NCBI RefSeq assembly: GCF_002087085.1
Contig: NZ_MWQY01000001.1
Location: 305,440 to 325,439 of the forward strand
Length of the DNA: 20,000 nt
Direction of reading: 5' to 3'
Shown: positions 8,542-15,972 of the stretch, one piece after another
How the letters are laid out: each line of letters opens with the position of its first letter
Position numbering within the stretch: the stretch's first letter is position 1
Made by a program: the position numbers and the translations under genes
Notes under the pieces: generated by a model
The model's input: only the letters and a program-made list of their open reading frames with translations
What the model was told of the DNA's origin: nothing
Databases searched by the model: none

Positions 8542-8620
8542 AGTTGCATGGCGGCAGTATCAGGGAAAGTGGTCCTGACTCCCGCTTATTCATAACTTTT
8601 TTCTTTGAAGGGAGGGGCGG

Positions 8621-8794
8621 CTAATCCTTTTTTTCTTCCTGTTCGTTCCTGGCCTCTGCTTCACCTTCAGACATGCCGTCACGGAACTCTTTTTTCGCCT
8701 TTCCCAAAGATCGTGCGAATTTGGGTATTGCAGACGCTCCGAAAAGAAGCACCACCACACCGCCAATTACCAGAATTTCTGTTGAACCAAGCAT
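8621..8794 (-). CDS. tatA: Twin-arginine translocase subunit TatA (57 aa; not in the ORF track)
   Basis: Translated by hand as MLGSTEILVIGGVVVLLFGASAIPKFARSLGKAKKEFRDGMSEGEAEARNEQEEKKD. It has a TM helix, an FG hinge, the amphipathic SLGKAKKEFR helix and an AAGGAG RBS, and starts 3 nt after the tatB stop. Confidence 0.93.
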   Translation of the reverse strand: MLGSTEILVIGGVVVLLFGASAIPKFARSLGKAKKEFRDGMSEGEAEARNEQEEKKD

Positions 8795-8797
8795 ATT

Positions 8798-9124
8798 CTA
8801 ATTCTCCTTGCTGTTTTCTTCAGTTCTATTTGCCCGGGAATCGGATCCGTCCCGGCTTGTTTTTTCGACTGCTTTATCAAAATTTGCTATTTCGCTTCTC
8901 ATCCGGGCATTGATGGCCCGAATCTCCTTCATCTCTTCTTCTATGCCGATCTCCTTCTCCATATTCCGCAGTTCACGTTTAGCCAGGGTATAGTAGTAAT
9001 ATGCCTTGGCCCAGATACGTCCCAGCCGCCGGAAGATTGCAGGTATCTCCTCCGGACGTACAAAGATGAGCAGAAGCAGACCGATGAGGAGAATTTCCTG
9101 AAAGCCGAGTCCCGCGGGGCCCAT
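8798..9124 (-). CDS. tatB: Twin-arginine translocase subunit TatB-like
   Basis: MGPAGLGFQEILLIGLLLLIFVRPEEIPAIFRRLGRIWAK fits the TatB N-terminus. The ATG at 9124 overlaps the tatC stop (TAATG). Confidence 0.85.
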   Translation of the reverse strand: MGPAGLGFQEILLIGLLLLIFVRPEEIPAIFRRLGRIWAKAYYYYTLAKRELRNMEKEIGIEEEMKEIRAINARMRSEIANFDKAVEKTSRDGSDSRANRTEENSKEN

Positions 9125-9900
9125 TAGCGTTCTCCCTCCCCGAAGCGGAATATCTTTGCTACAAAGATGGCCAGAAAGTAGAGCAAAATCAAGGGGGCGG
9201 CGATGATGCACTGGGAGATGAAATCCGGAGGGGTAATAAAGGCCGCCAGAATAAACACGAGCACGATTACAAAACGGCTTGCCTTGAATAGCGTTTTTCT
9301 CTCGAGGACATTGAGTATCATGAGGGCTTCCAGCAGGATCGGGAACTGGAAACTTACCATGATTATCAGAATAAAGCGGAAGATATAGAGGATGTTCCGC
9401 TGATAGTTGAGCATGAGACCGACGTTTTCCGGCAGAAACCCGCGGTTTGTAAAAAACTTTATCGTAAGCGGAAGTATTGTGTAGTATCCGTAATAGAAAC
9501 CCACACCCACCAGGAGGGTTCCGGTAAAGATGGCGAGGAAGAGCACCCTTTTTTCCTTCTTTCGTAAGGCCGGAAGAACGAAACGGACAATCATGAAGAG
9601 CATGACCGGGATGGACAGGGTAAAGCCGGAGAGGATTGAGACCTTCAGTTTGGTAAGGAATCCTTCAAAAAGGAAGTTTACAAAAAGGGTGTCCTCCGTA
9701 TTCAGACCTTCGATGGCCAGAAAGGGCGCATAGAGGAAGTTCACAATGGGGTCGAAGAAGTAGAAGCTGACAATGCTGAACAGCGCCAGGGCGGCGGCGG
9801 AGATCAGAATGACCGAACGCAGTTCCCGCAGGTGCTGGCGTACCGACAGCTGCAGCAGCTGCTCCTCTTCCCTGCTGAGTTTCTCTTTTTCGTCAGGCAT
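9124..9900 (-). CDS. tatC: Twin-arginine translocase subunit TatC
   Basis: HLRELR, FEGFLTKLKVS, FVLPALRKKEKR, SFQFP and AAFITPPDFISQ motifs are present, with about six hydrophobic segments. Confidence 0.95.
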   Translation of the reverse strand: MPDEKEKLSREEEQLLQLSVRQHLRELRSVILISAAALALFSIVSFYFFDPIVNFLYAPFLAIEGLNTEDTLFVNFLFEGFLTKLKVSILSGFTLSIPVMLFMIVRFVLPALRKKEKRVLFLAIFTGTLLVGVGFYYGYYTILPLTIKFFTNRGFLPENVGLMLNYQRNILYIFRFILIIMVSFQFPILLEALMILNVLERKTLFKASRFVIVLVFILAAFITPPDFISQCIIAAPLILLYFLAIFVAKIFRFGEGER

Positions 9901-10558
9901 AGGCCCGTCCTTTATTGAAGAGCAGGGGCCGGTCGGAGGAGATACGCCCGATTATTCCGACCCCCTGCTTCCGGGCTATCCCGCAGGCCCGGGTCGTGGC
10001 AATACTCCGGGAAACGATAAGGGGAAATCCACAGCGTCCTGCCTTTTCCGCGATCTCGGAGTTGACGCGGCCGGAGGTAAAGTAGATCAGGTTTGCCGGG
10101 TTCAGGCCGGTCAAAAGGGCTTTTCCTGTAACCTTGTCGAAGGCATTGTGCCGTCCCACGTCTTCGTACTGGGCGACAAAGCTTTTGCCGTCGAAAAGGG
10201 CGCTGCAGTGAATGCCGCCATGGGCCTTGTACTTCTCGGCACAGTCGAAGAAGTGCTGCATAAGGGCCTGCAGGTCGGTAAGCTCAGGTACTTTCAGATC
10301 CTGCACCGGCGGCATAGGGGTGGAGTCCTCCCTGTTGATGCTGATGTGGATGGTGATAGTGTCCGGATGAGTGGAATCGGTCTCATACTGCGACAGTTCT
10401 GCCGCACTGCGGATCAGACCATTACAGTACAGATGTCCGACAGTCAGCTCCCTGAGGGCCTCGGGGGTACAGTGAAAGCGATGCAGCAGTTCGTCTCCGG
10501 TGAAAAGAAAGACTTCAGATTCGGCAACCAGGGGTTTTGTCTCTTCCAGGGAAATCAT
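9893..10558 (-). CDS. fdhD: FdhD/NarQ-family Mo/W-cofactor chaperone (short; lacks the CxxC/SGCG loop)
   Basis: Motifs CTPEALRELTVGHL, GGIHCSAL, EDVGRHNAFDKVTG, FTSGRVNSEI and VSRSIATT are present. Confidence 0.88.
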   Translation of the reverse strand: MISLEETKPLVAESEVFLFTGDELLHRFHCTPEALRELTVGHLYCNGLIRSAAELSQYETDSTHPDTITIHISINREDSTPMPPVQDLKVPELTDLQALMQHFFDCAEKYKAHGGIHCSALFDGKSFVAQYEDVGRHNAFDKVTGKALLTGLNPANLIYFTSGRVNSEIAEKAGRCGFPLIVSRSIATTRACGIARKQGVGIIGRISSDRPLLFNKGRAYA

Positions 10559-11113
10559 TTATTGAATCTCCAGACTTTCCACAGATTCCCACTCCGCCAT
10601 GTATTTCGCCTGGGATTCATCCAGAAAATCAGCGGAGAACAGATAGCCATCGCCATTGGATGCCCTGGTAAGCCGGATGTCCCTGTAGTCCTCCGTATTC
10701 GATGCAAGTACTTCTGCAATCTGATTCAGCCGGCCGGGTTTTACCGAGAACGGGGCGTCAAGGAACTGGCTGAGTATGGTTGGCCGGGGATATGTCCTGG
10801 ATTCCCGCCTGACTGTGTGCACGATGAGCATTATATCATCTCCTTCGGCGGAAATATTCAGGATCTCCGCGTAGGAATCGGTCATCGAATTGCTGCTGTA
10901 ATAACGACAACATTCCTTTCCCTGAAATATGTGAATATCCGGACTCTCAATACGGGCCGCCGACTCGATTCTGGCTGCGATCATGTCCGGAGTAAACTCG
11001 GTATTGAAAAAACGAGAGCCGGCCGCAGCCAGCTCCCGATTATCAGTCAATCTGCCTTCCTGTGAAGCTTTTCGTATCTCTTCGGTAAGGAAGGCTTTTA
11101 CATCACCCCTCAT
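10559..11113 (-). CDS. ydhW: YdhW-family accessory protein of the YdhV oxidoreductase
   Basis: It lies directly after ydhV, as in E. coli ydhYVW. The YYSSNSMTDSYA and VRRESRTYPRP segments resemble YdhW-family proteins as I recall them. Confidence 0.7.
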   Translation of the reverse strand: MRGDVKAFLTEEIRKASQEGRLTDNRELAAAGSRFFNTEFTPDMIAARIESAARIESPDIHIFQGKECCRYYSSNSMTDSYAEILNISAEGDDIMLIVHTVRRESRTYPRPTILSQFLDAPFSVKPGRLNQIAEVLASNTEDYRDIRLTRASNGDGYLFSADFLDESQAKYMAEWESVESLEIQ

Positions 11114-11120
11114 GTACCTA

Positions 11121-13220
11121 TTATGCGGTTAAAAGTCCCAGCCGTTCAAGCTCATCAGCCACATCCTCCAGGTTGAGCCTGGTGAGCTGTGCCCTGGTGG
11201 GGATTCCCGTCTCTTCGTCCCATCCCATCTCGCGGTAGAAGAGGGTAAGGGCTGTGTCGTAGTCATCCCTGTCCAGCTTGATGGTTCCCTTGGTAAAAGG
11301 TTCCTTGTCCGGGTCCATATCGAACTGCCAGCCTGTAAGCTGATCATGATCCCGCCTGAGGTTGGAGGACTTCATCTGCTTGGCCGTCAATGCCCTGTGC
11401 AGGGTAAAGATTCTCTCCGCGGATTCATCGAGCTCCGCCTCGCTGACCTTGAATCCTGTTGCCATGGAGAAGAATTTTGCCTCCAGGCCGGTGTCTCCTC
11501 TATAGTTACGATCCTTGAGGGGAGATACAGTCATGGGCCACATCCAGTTGCAGAGGGTAAGGGAGTCGTGCAGTACGTTACGGACGATACTCCACTTTGT
11601 GAATTTCGCCTTTGCCTGGTTGGCCGGTGTGTAGTTGGCCACTTCGTCGATTGCTTCGGCTCCCCAGTGTTCGGCAGCTACCTCCTTCAGGATGTTCGTG
11701 GGAAGTCCGCTGAACAGGAAGTTCTGGTGGGTATGGCACTGGGCGTCCCGGTTGAACATGGAGGATATAACTCCTCCAACCACTCCGTCGGATTCATTGC
11801 TGTGGTGAACGGGATAGCCGAGTTTTGTCCAGAGTTTGTTTCCCTTGTAGCTCCAGTAGTCCTCGCCGAAGCCCCATTTTTTTGCAACGTACCAGGCTCC
11901 TTCGCCGAGGGTCGCCAGCTCTCCTTCCTTGAAGGCGATGCGTCGGTAAAAATCCTGGAAAAAGCTGATATCTCCCTTTTCGATCTTGTCCAGGGGCAGG
12001 GAGTTGTACTCATCCCGGGGAAGGACCTTTTCCAGATAGCCGTGATCGATGGCCCAGAAGAAGTCACGCCCCAGCTGCCCGTAGTTGCACCAGACGCCGT
12101 AGTCGTCGGCGATCTGCGCTCCCATGGAACGTCCGATAACATTGGCCTCGTCATTGGTTTTGCCCGCAACCTTGTAGCCTTTCATTACGCCGTTGGGAGA
12201 GAAAAACCCCATGCAGGTATTGGCCACATTCGGGCTGACGCCGTAGGCCTCCAGTTCGGGAACATGAAGGTGACTGTGACAGCGGACAGGGCAGGACGCG
12301 CATCCGCCCATACGGACGGTGTATTTTTCGCCCGCGGGACCAAGGTCCTTGATGGCTTTCATGGTACGGTAGCCGATCTTGTTGACTTCCTCCGGCCGGA
12401 CTTCTCCCGTTTCGATGGGATAGGGGGCTGCACCCCAGAAAAGCCCCTTCTGGGAAGTCCAGCGGCTGGAGGGATCATGGTACTCGGCCCAGGCCTGGGG
12501 AGTCGAGGGAACAACGTGCTGGTTGTTGGCCCCCACGATGGCAAAGGTATCCTTGTTCAGCTTGTGCCAGGCATTCCGGTCTCCTGCGATCTTTACCGAA
12601 CCGGTTCCCATGACGCCGATGGCCTTGAGGTTCTTGGAGCCCATTACACCGCCGTGTCCGCCTGCGGAGTGGCTGGCGCCGGTCCGGATAACCGAAAGGT
12701 TGACCTGGTGTTCACCGGCCTGACCGATGGCCGCAACCTGGGAGCTTTTTCCCATGATGGCGGTAATTCCTGCAATCGTGTTGAAAGTCCCGTCTCCCCA
12801 GAAAACTGAGGCGTCTTCCAGGGTGACGTCCTGGTCGACTATCCTGAGCCATACCGGCCGTTTTGCTTTTCCCTGGATAATGACAGCGTCATAACCCGCG
12901 TACTTCATCTCCACCGCAAAGTGGCCGCCCATGTGACTGTCGGAAACCCCGTGGAAGGGATTGGAGGGAAGAAGGCTGGTAATATTGGTCCGTCCGGAAC
13001 ACATGGCTCCTGTTCCCGTAAGGGGACCGACGCCGAATATTATCCTGTTCTCCTCAGCGAAGGGATGGGTCCCCTGGGGAACCTCGTCCCACATTACCTT
13101 GTAGCCGATTCCCATACCGCCTATGTAGCGGGAATATTTTTCCGTTGATTCTCTTGTTATCTGTTCAGTGCTCAGATCCACTCGAAGAATGGTTCCTGCC
13201 CAACCGCCTTTTAATGCCAT
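11121..13220 (-). CDS. ydhV: Aldehyde:ferredoxin oxidoreductase (AOR) family Mo/W-bis-pterin enzyme, YdhV type
   Basis: GWAGTILRVDLS, HMGGHFAVEMKYAGYD, GGVMGSKNLKAI, GANNQHVVPSTPQAWAEY, CASCPVRC and HDSLTLCNWMWP closely parallel E. coli YdhV. There is an AGGAG RBS and no signal peptide. Confidence 0.92.
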   Translation of the reverse strand: MALKGGWAGTILRVDLSTEQITRESTEKYSRYIGGMGIGYKVMWDEVPQGTHPFAEENRIIFGVGPLTGTGAMCSGRTNITSLLPSNPFHGVSDSHMGGHFAVEMKYAGYDAVIIQGKAKRPVWLRIVDQDVTLEDASVFWGDGTFNTIAGITAIMGKSSQVAAIGQAGEHQVNLSVIRTGASHSAGGHGGVMGSKNLKAIGVMGTGSVKIAGDRNAWHKLNKDTFAIVGANNQHVVPSTPQAWAEYHDPSSRWTSQKGLFWGAAPYPIETGEVRPEEVNKIGYRTMKAIKDLGPAGEKYTVRMGGCASCPVRCHSHLHVPELEAYGVSPNVANTCMGFFSPNGVMKGYKVAGKTNDEANVIGRSMGAQIADDYGVWCNYGQLGRDFFWAIDHGYLEKVLPRDEYNSLPLDKIEKGDISFFQDFYRRIAFKEGELATLGEGAWYVAKKWGFGEDYWSYKGNKLWTKLGYPVHHSNESDGVVGGVISSMFNRDAQCHTHQNFLFSGLPTNILKEVAAEHWGAEAIDEVANYTPANQAKAKFTKWSIVRNVLHDSLTLCNWMWPMTVSPLKDRNYRGDTGLEAKFFSMATGFKVSEAELDESAERIFTLHRALTAKQMKSSNLRRDHDQLTGWQFDMDPDKEPFTKGTIKLDRDDYDTALTLFYREMGWDEETGIPTRAQLTRLNLEDVADELERLGLLTA

Positions 13221-13239
13221 ATCTCTCTACTCCTGTTGT

Positions 13240-13890
13240 TTATACCTGAAAATGCTCTTTGTACTTCTGAATCGCGTCTTCCCAGGACACATACTGCAGT
13301 GCACCGGTGGGACAGTCCTTAACGCAGGCTGTATAGCCGTGGCAAAGGATACACTTGGTGGAAACATTGGTTTCCGGATCAAGGGTAGGAATGCCCCAGG
13401 GACAGGCTCGAACGCAGGTTCCGCAGCCGACGCATTTTTCCGGGTCAACCTCCCGGGCCCCGGTTCCTTCGTGTTCGAAGATCGCGTTCTCCGGACATGC
13501 CAGCGCACAGGCGGGCTGTTCGCACTGCCTGCAGGTATCGGCAACAAGGGTAAAATTACCCATCTCTCCGGGGCCGTTTACCCAGTCCCCCCGTACCCCT
13601 TTGGGGCCGTAGGCAAAGTTCTGACTTACCTTGATTCTTGCGGTAACCTGACTGGCTTTACCGTCGTTTCCAACCGAGCATGTAGCTTCACAGACCAGAC
13701 ATCCGGTGCAGCGGGCTGATTCGTGGATAATCATTCCATCGGCGGTTTCAAAGACTTTGATGTCCTTGGACGTACAGCCCGGCAGCAGCCAGGACATGGT
13801 CGTAGCCCCGATGGCGCTGATTCCTGTGTACTTGAGAAAATCTCTGCGGGTAATTTTCTGGTTCAGCAGTTGTGATTGAGTTTCGGACAC
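13240..13890 (-). CDS. ydhY: YdhY-type multi-[4Fe-4S] ferredoxin with a Tat signal and putative lipobox
   Basis: It has a TRRDFLK twin-arginine motif and LLPGC. Four Cys groups follow: CTGCLVCEATC, CRQCEQPACALACP, CVGCGTCVRACP and CILCHGYTACVKDCP. A GGGAGG RBS lies 6 nt before the GTG. Confidence 0.9.
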   Translation of the reverse strand: MSETQSQLLNQKITRRDFLKYTGISAIGATTMSWLLPGCTSKDIKVFETADGMIIHESARCTGCLVCEATCSVGNDGKASQVTARIKVSQNFAYGPKGVRGDWVNGPGEMGNFTLVADTCRQCEQPACALACPENAIFEHEGTGAREVDPEKCVGCGTCVRACPWGIPTLDPETNVSTKCILCHGYTACVKDCPTGALQYVSWEDAIQKYKEHFQV

Positions 13891-13904
13891 ACCTTACCTC
13901 CCTG

Positions 13905-14010
13905 TATTTTCTCCTTTCCAAATACGGGAGGCACAGACGTTTCCATCGGGACCTGGCGTCCGACAACCCTGGGACGGGCGTCCTGTAGGTTAATCGGATC
14001 GGAGATATAT
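13905..14010 (-). ncRNA. Moco RNA motif riboswitch candidate, variant lacking P3 (Tuco type)
   Basis: The minus strand reads CTCC-GA-[TCCGAT TAACCT...AGGGTT GTCGGA]-CGCC-[AGGT CCC GATG GAAA CGTC TGT GCCT]-CCCGTATTTGG-AAA-GGAG. The GCCTCCCGTATTTGGAAAGG segment matches the E. coli moaA Moco RNA as I recall it. It lies upstream of a Mo/W enzyme operon. Confidence 0.9.
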
Positions 14011-14016
14011 ATGTAC

Positions 14017-14045
14017 ATTCTAATCGAGATAAAAAGATATGTAAA
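14017..14045 (-). promoter_or_regulatory. Sigma70-type promoter of the ydhY operon
   Basis: The minus strand reads TTTACA (14045-14040), 17 nt, then TAGAAT (14022-14017). The predicted start near 14010 coincides with the 5' end of the riboswitch. Confidence 0.7.
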
Positions 14046-14305
14046 GAAATAAGGAATAGAAAATCGTATAAATGGTCGTTCTCTGCGCAAAAAATAAAAT
14101 AATTGAAAATAGATGTGAGTGTTTTACTAATAATGTGATATGGATTGTATTAATATTCTGACGTAGGGTTTTATCCTGCTGAAAATCCTGACGGCCCAGG
14201 ATATGGGAAAAAGAGCAGTTTTTGGAGCTGCCCTTATTATCTTCAATATCGTATAATTTTCCTGTTATCCGGCACGGATAATCTGTTAAGGGGAGAAGTA
14301 TTGCG

Positions 14306-14734
14306 TTGAGTGATTTTTCTGCTGCTGCAAGGGAGTTTTTTTCAAGATACGGAGAATTCGCCGCCTTGCTTGGGGGGCTTTCCCTTGTCCTGTTTTTCTT
14401 AACCCTGGTTGCCATACCCCTCATAATAGTATCCATTCCGGCTGACTACTTTATCCGGGACCCCGGAAGCCTGTCAGATAGACGGCATCCCGTATTGCGG
14501 GCAGCGGTTTTCGTCATAAAGAATTCCCTGGGTGCTGTTTTTCTTCTTGCCGGATTCGTCATGCTGTTTATACCGGGGCAGGGGCTTCTGACATTCATGA
14601 TTGGCCTGATGCTGATGAATTTCCCCGGAAAAAGAATGCTTGAACTGAAGCTTATTCGGAAGCCCCGGATCAGGGAGGCCGTGAACTGGATTCGGGTAAA
14701 GGCGAAACGGTCGTCCCTGGAGCTTCCCGAATAG
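14306..14734 (+). CDS. PGPGW-family small membrane protein
   Basis: SIPADYF, KNSLG...LAGFVMLFIPGQGLLTFMIGLMLMNFPGKR motifs are present. GGGAG lies upstream of the TTG start. Confidence 0.78.
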   Translation: MSDFSAAAREFFSRYGEFAALLGGLSLVLFFLTLVAIPLIIVSIPADYFIRDPGSLSDRRHPVLRAAVFVIKNSLGAVFLLAGFVMLFIPGQGLLTFMIGLMLMNFPGKRMLELKLIRKPRIREAVNWIRVKAKRSSLELPE

Positions 14735-14804
14735 GGCTTCTCTCCCCGGGTCCTTTCTCCCCCGGGAAGGTGCATCGCATGGAAATATTCTGTATACTGT
14801 ACCA

Positions 14805-15143
14805 GTGACCCGGAAATCCCCTTTCCCAGAGCGCGAACTGGCACGGCTTCTGATGGCTCTTCCCCGAATCGAAATCCAGAACCGCCTGTTAAAAGTCAGC
14901 GACAGGGAGCTTGCCCTGGCAATGCTGAATCTCGATGAAAATGAACGGTCAGGAATCTATGCGGCGGTGTCCCCCGAGAAAATCCGTAGGCTGCGGGAGG
15001 AACTGTCCATGCTGCGGCGGCTGAGGCTTCACAGAGAGGATTATCTCACGGCTCTCGCCAGGGTTATAAGCGTACTGGAAGGGCGGCCGTACACCGAGGT
15101 ACTGCGCTCCTATATTCGTCCCAGGGGCCGAAGGCCGGGATAG
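14805..15143 (+). CDS. Standalone FliG C-terminal-domain-like protein
   Basis: IQNRLLKVSDRELALAMLNLDENERSGIYAAVSPEKIRRLREEL resembles the FliG C-terminal ARM/helical region. It is only 112 aa. TATACT lies 6 nt before the GTG. Confidence 0.55.
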   Translation: MTRKSPFPERELARLLMALPRIEIQNRLLKVSDRELALAMLNLDENERSGIYAAVSPEKIRRLREELSMLRRLRLHREDYLTALARVISVLEGRPYTEVLRSYIRPRGRRPG

Positions 15144-15151
15144 ACTTTCGA

Positions 15152-15967
15152 TTACTTCAGACTCCGCCTGGCCCCTGCCAGGTCGGACTGAAAGGAGAGG
15201 AGCATATCCTCGATTTCACTGTTCGATATGGCCGACTGCTCTATCATTCGATTAAGGTTCTCTTTCAGGGCATCGTATTCCTGGAATACATCGAGTATGG
15301 ACTGAACGTCTTCCTGGACGGCGTCGGCGTTGTTCTTGCTTTCCTGGGTTCTTTCCAGCAGTTTTTTTACGGTTTCTCTGCTGGAGGAGACTTCATTACT
15401 GATGGAGTGCAGAATATTTACCAGCTGAAAGATAAGGTCGATCATTTCGTGCAGTTGCCCTGATGCCTGGTTTACGATTTCCCTCGACTGCACACCGTGC
15501 CGGCGAATCTCTTTTGCTACAACTGAAAAACCCGCTCCCTCTTTTCCTACCCGGGCAGCCTGAATCGAGGCGTTCATGGCCAGGATGTTGGTTATCTCCG
15601 AAAGATCTTCCACTTCCTTCAGTTTGTTCTGTGCCTCCTCCGCCTTGCTTTGAAGGATCTGTCCCAGTTTGTAGGAGTGGCCGAAGGACTGGTCGATGCT
15701 CGAGAAGTGGCTCTCCACCTCATTAATATAGTCCCGGGATACGAGAAAGGTTTCCAGGAAGCTGTTCATTCGGGTCTGGAAACTTGTACGTACCTTTTCC
15801 ACCGCATGGGTTATTTTTGAAAAGTGCTCATGGAGGTAGCGGACGGTAATATTCAGAAGCTGACTGCGGGAAATTATTTCGAAAACCACGGCATTGATTT
15901 TACTGGCGAAATAATGGAGCAGTTTTTTCCCCTTTGACGTCTGAATTCGTGTTTCGGTATGTTCCAT
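15152..15967 (-). CDS. Soluble methyl-accepting chemotaxis protein (signalling domain only)
   Basis: The hairpin-tip motif EITNILAMNASIQAARVGKEGAGFSVVAKEIRR is flanked by coiled coils. No TM segments are present. Confidence 0.85.
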   Translation of the reverse strand: MEHTETRIQTSKGKKLLHYFASKINAVVFEIISRSQLLNITVRYLHEHFSKITHAVEKVRTSFQTRMNSFLETFLVSRDYINEVESHFSSIDQSFGHSYKLGQILQSKAEEAQNKLKEVEDLSEITNILAMNASIQAARVGKEGAGFSVVAKEIRRHGVQSREIVNQASGQLHEMIDLIFQLVNILHSISNEVSSSRETVKKLLERTQESKNNADAVQEDVQSILDVFQEYDALKENLNRMIEQSAISNSEIEDMLLSFQSDLAGARRSLK

Positions 15968-15972
15968 ATCGA

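Noticed and set aside
8500..8593. Roughly 30-codon minus-strand ORF downstream of tatA (MNKRESGPLSL...)
   Set aside because: It has no RBS or recognisable features and runs through the terminator-like hairpin.
8605..8913. 102-aa plus-strand ORF after aroQ
   Set aside because: It is antisense to the real tatA and tatB genes.
9773..11065. 430-aa antisense ORF spanning tatC, fdhD and ydhW
   Set aside because: Its length is explained by ydhW and fdhD sharing one frame, so the antisense frame stays open. No protein motifs are visible.
11346..12809. 487-aa ORF antisense to ydhV
   Set aside because: It is a shadow of a strongly codon-biased gene and has no family signature.
14113..14150. Two ATGTGA half-sites 20 nt apart in the AT-rich region upstream of the ydhY promoter (CRP/FNR/Rex-like?)
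   Set aside because: The right half-sites do not match TCACA or ATCAA well enough to name a regulator.
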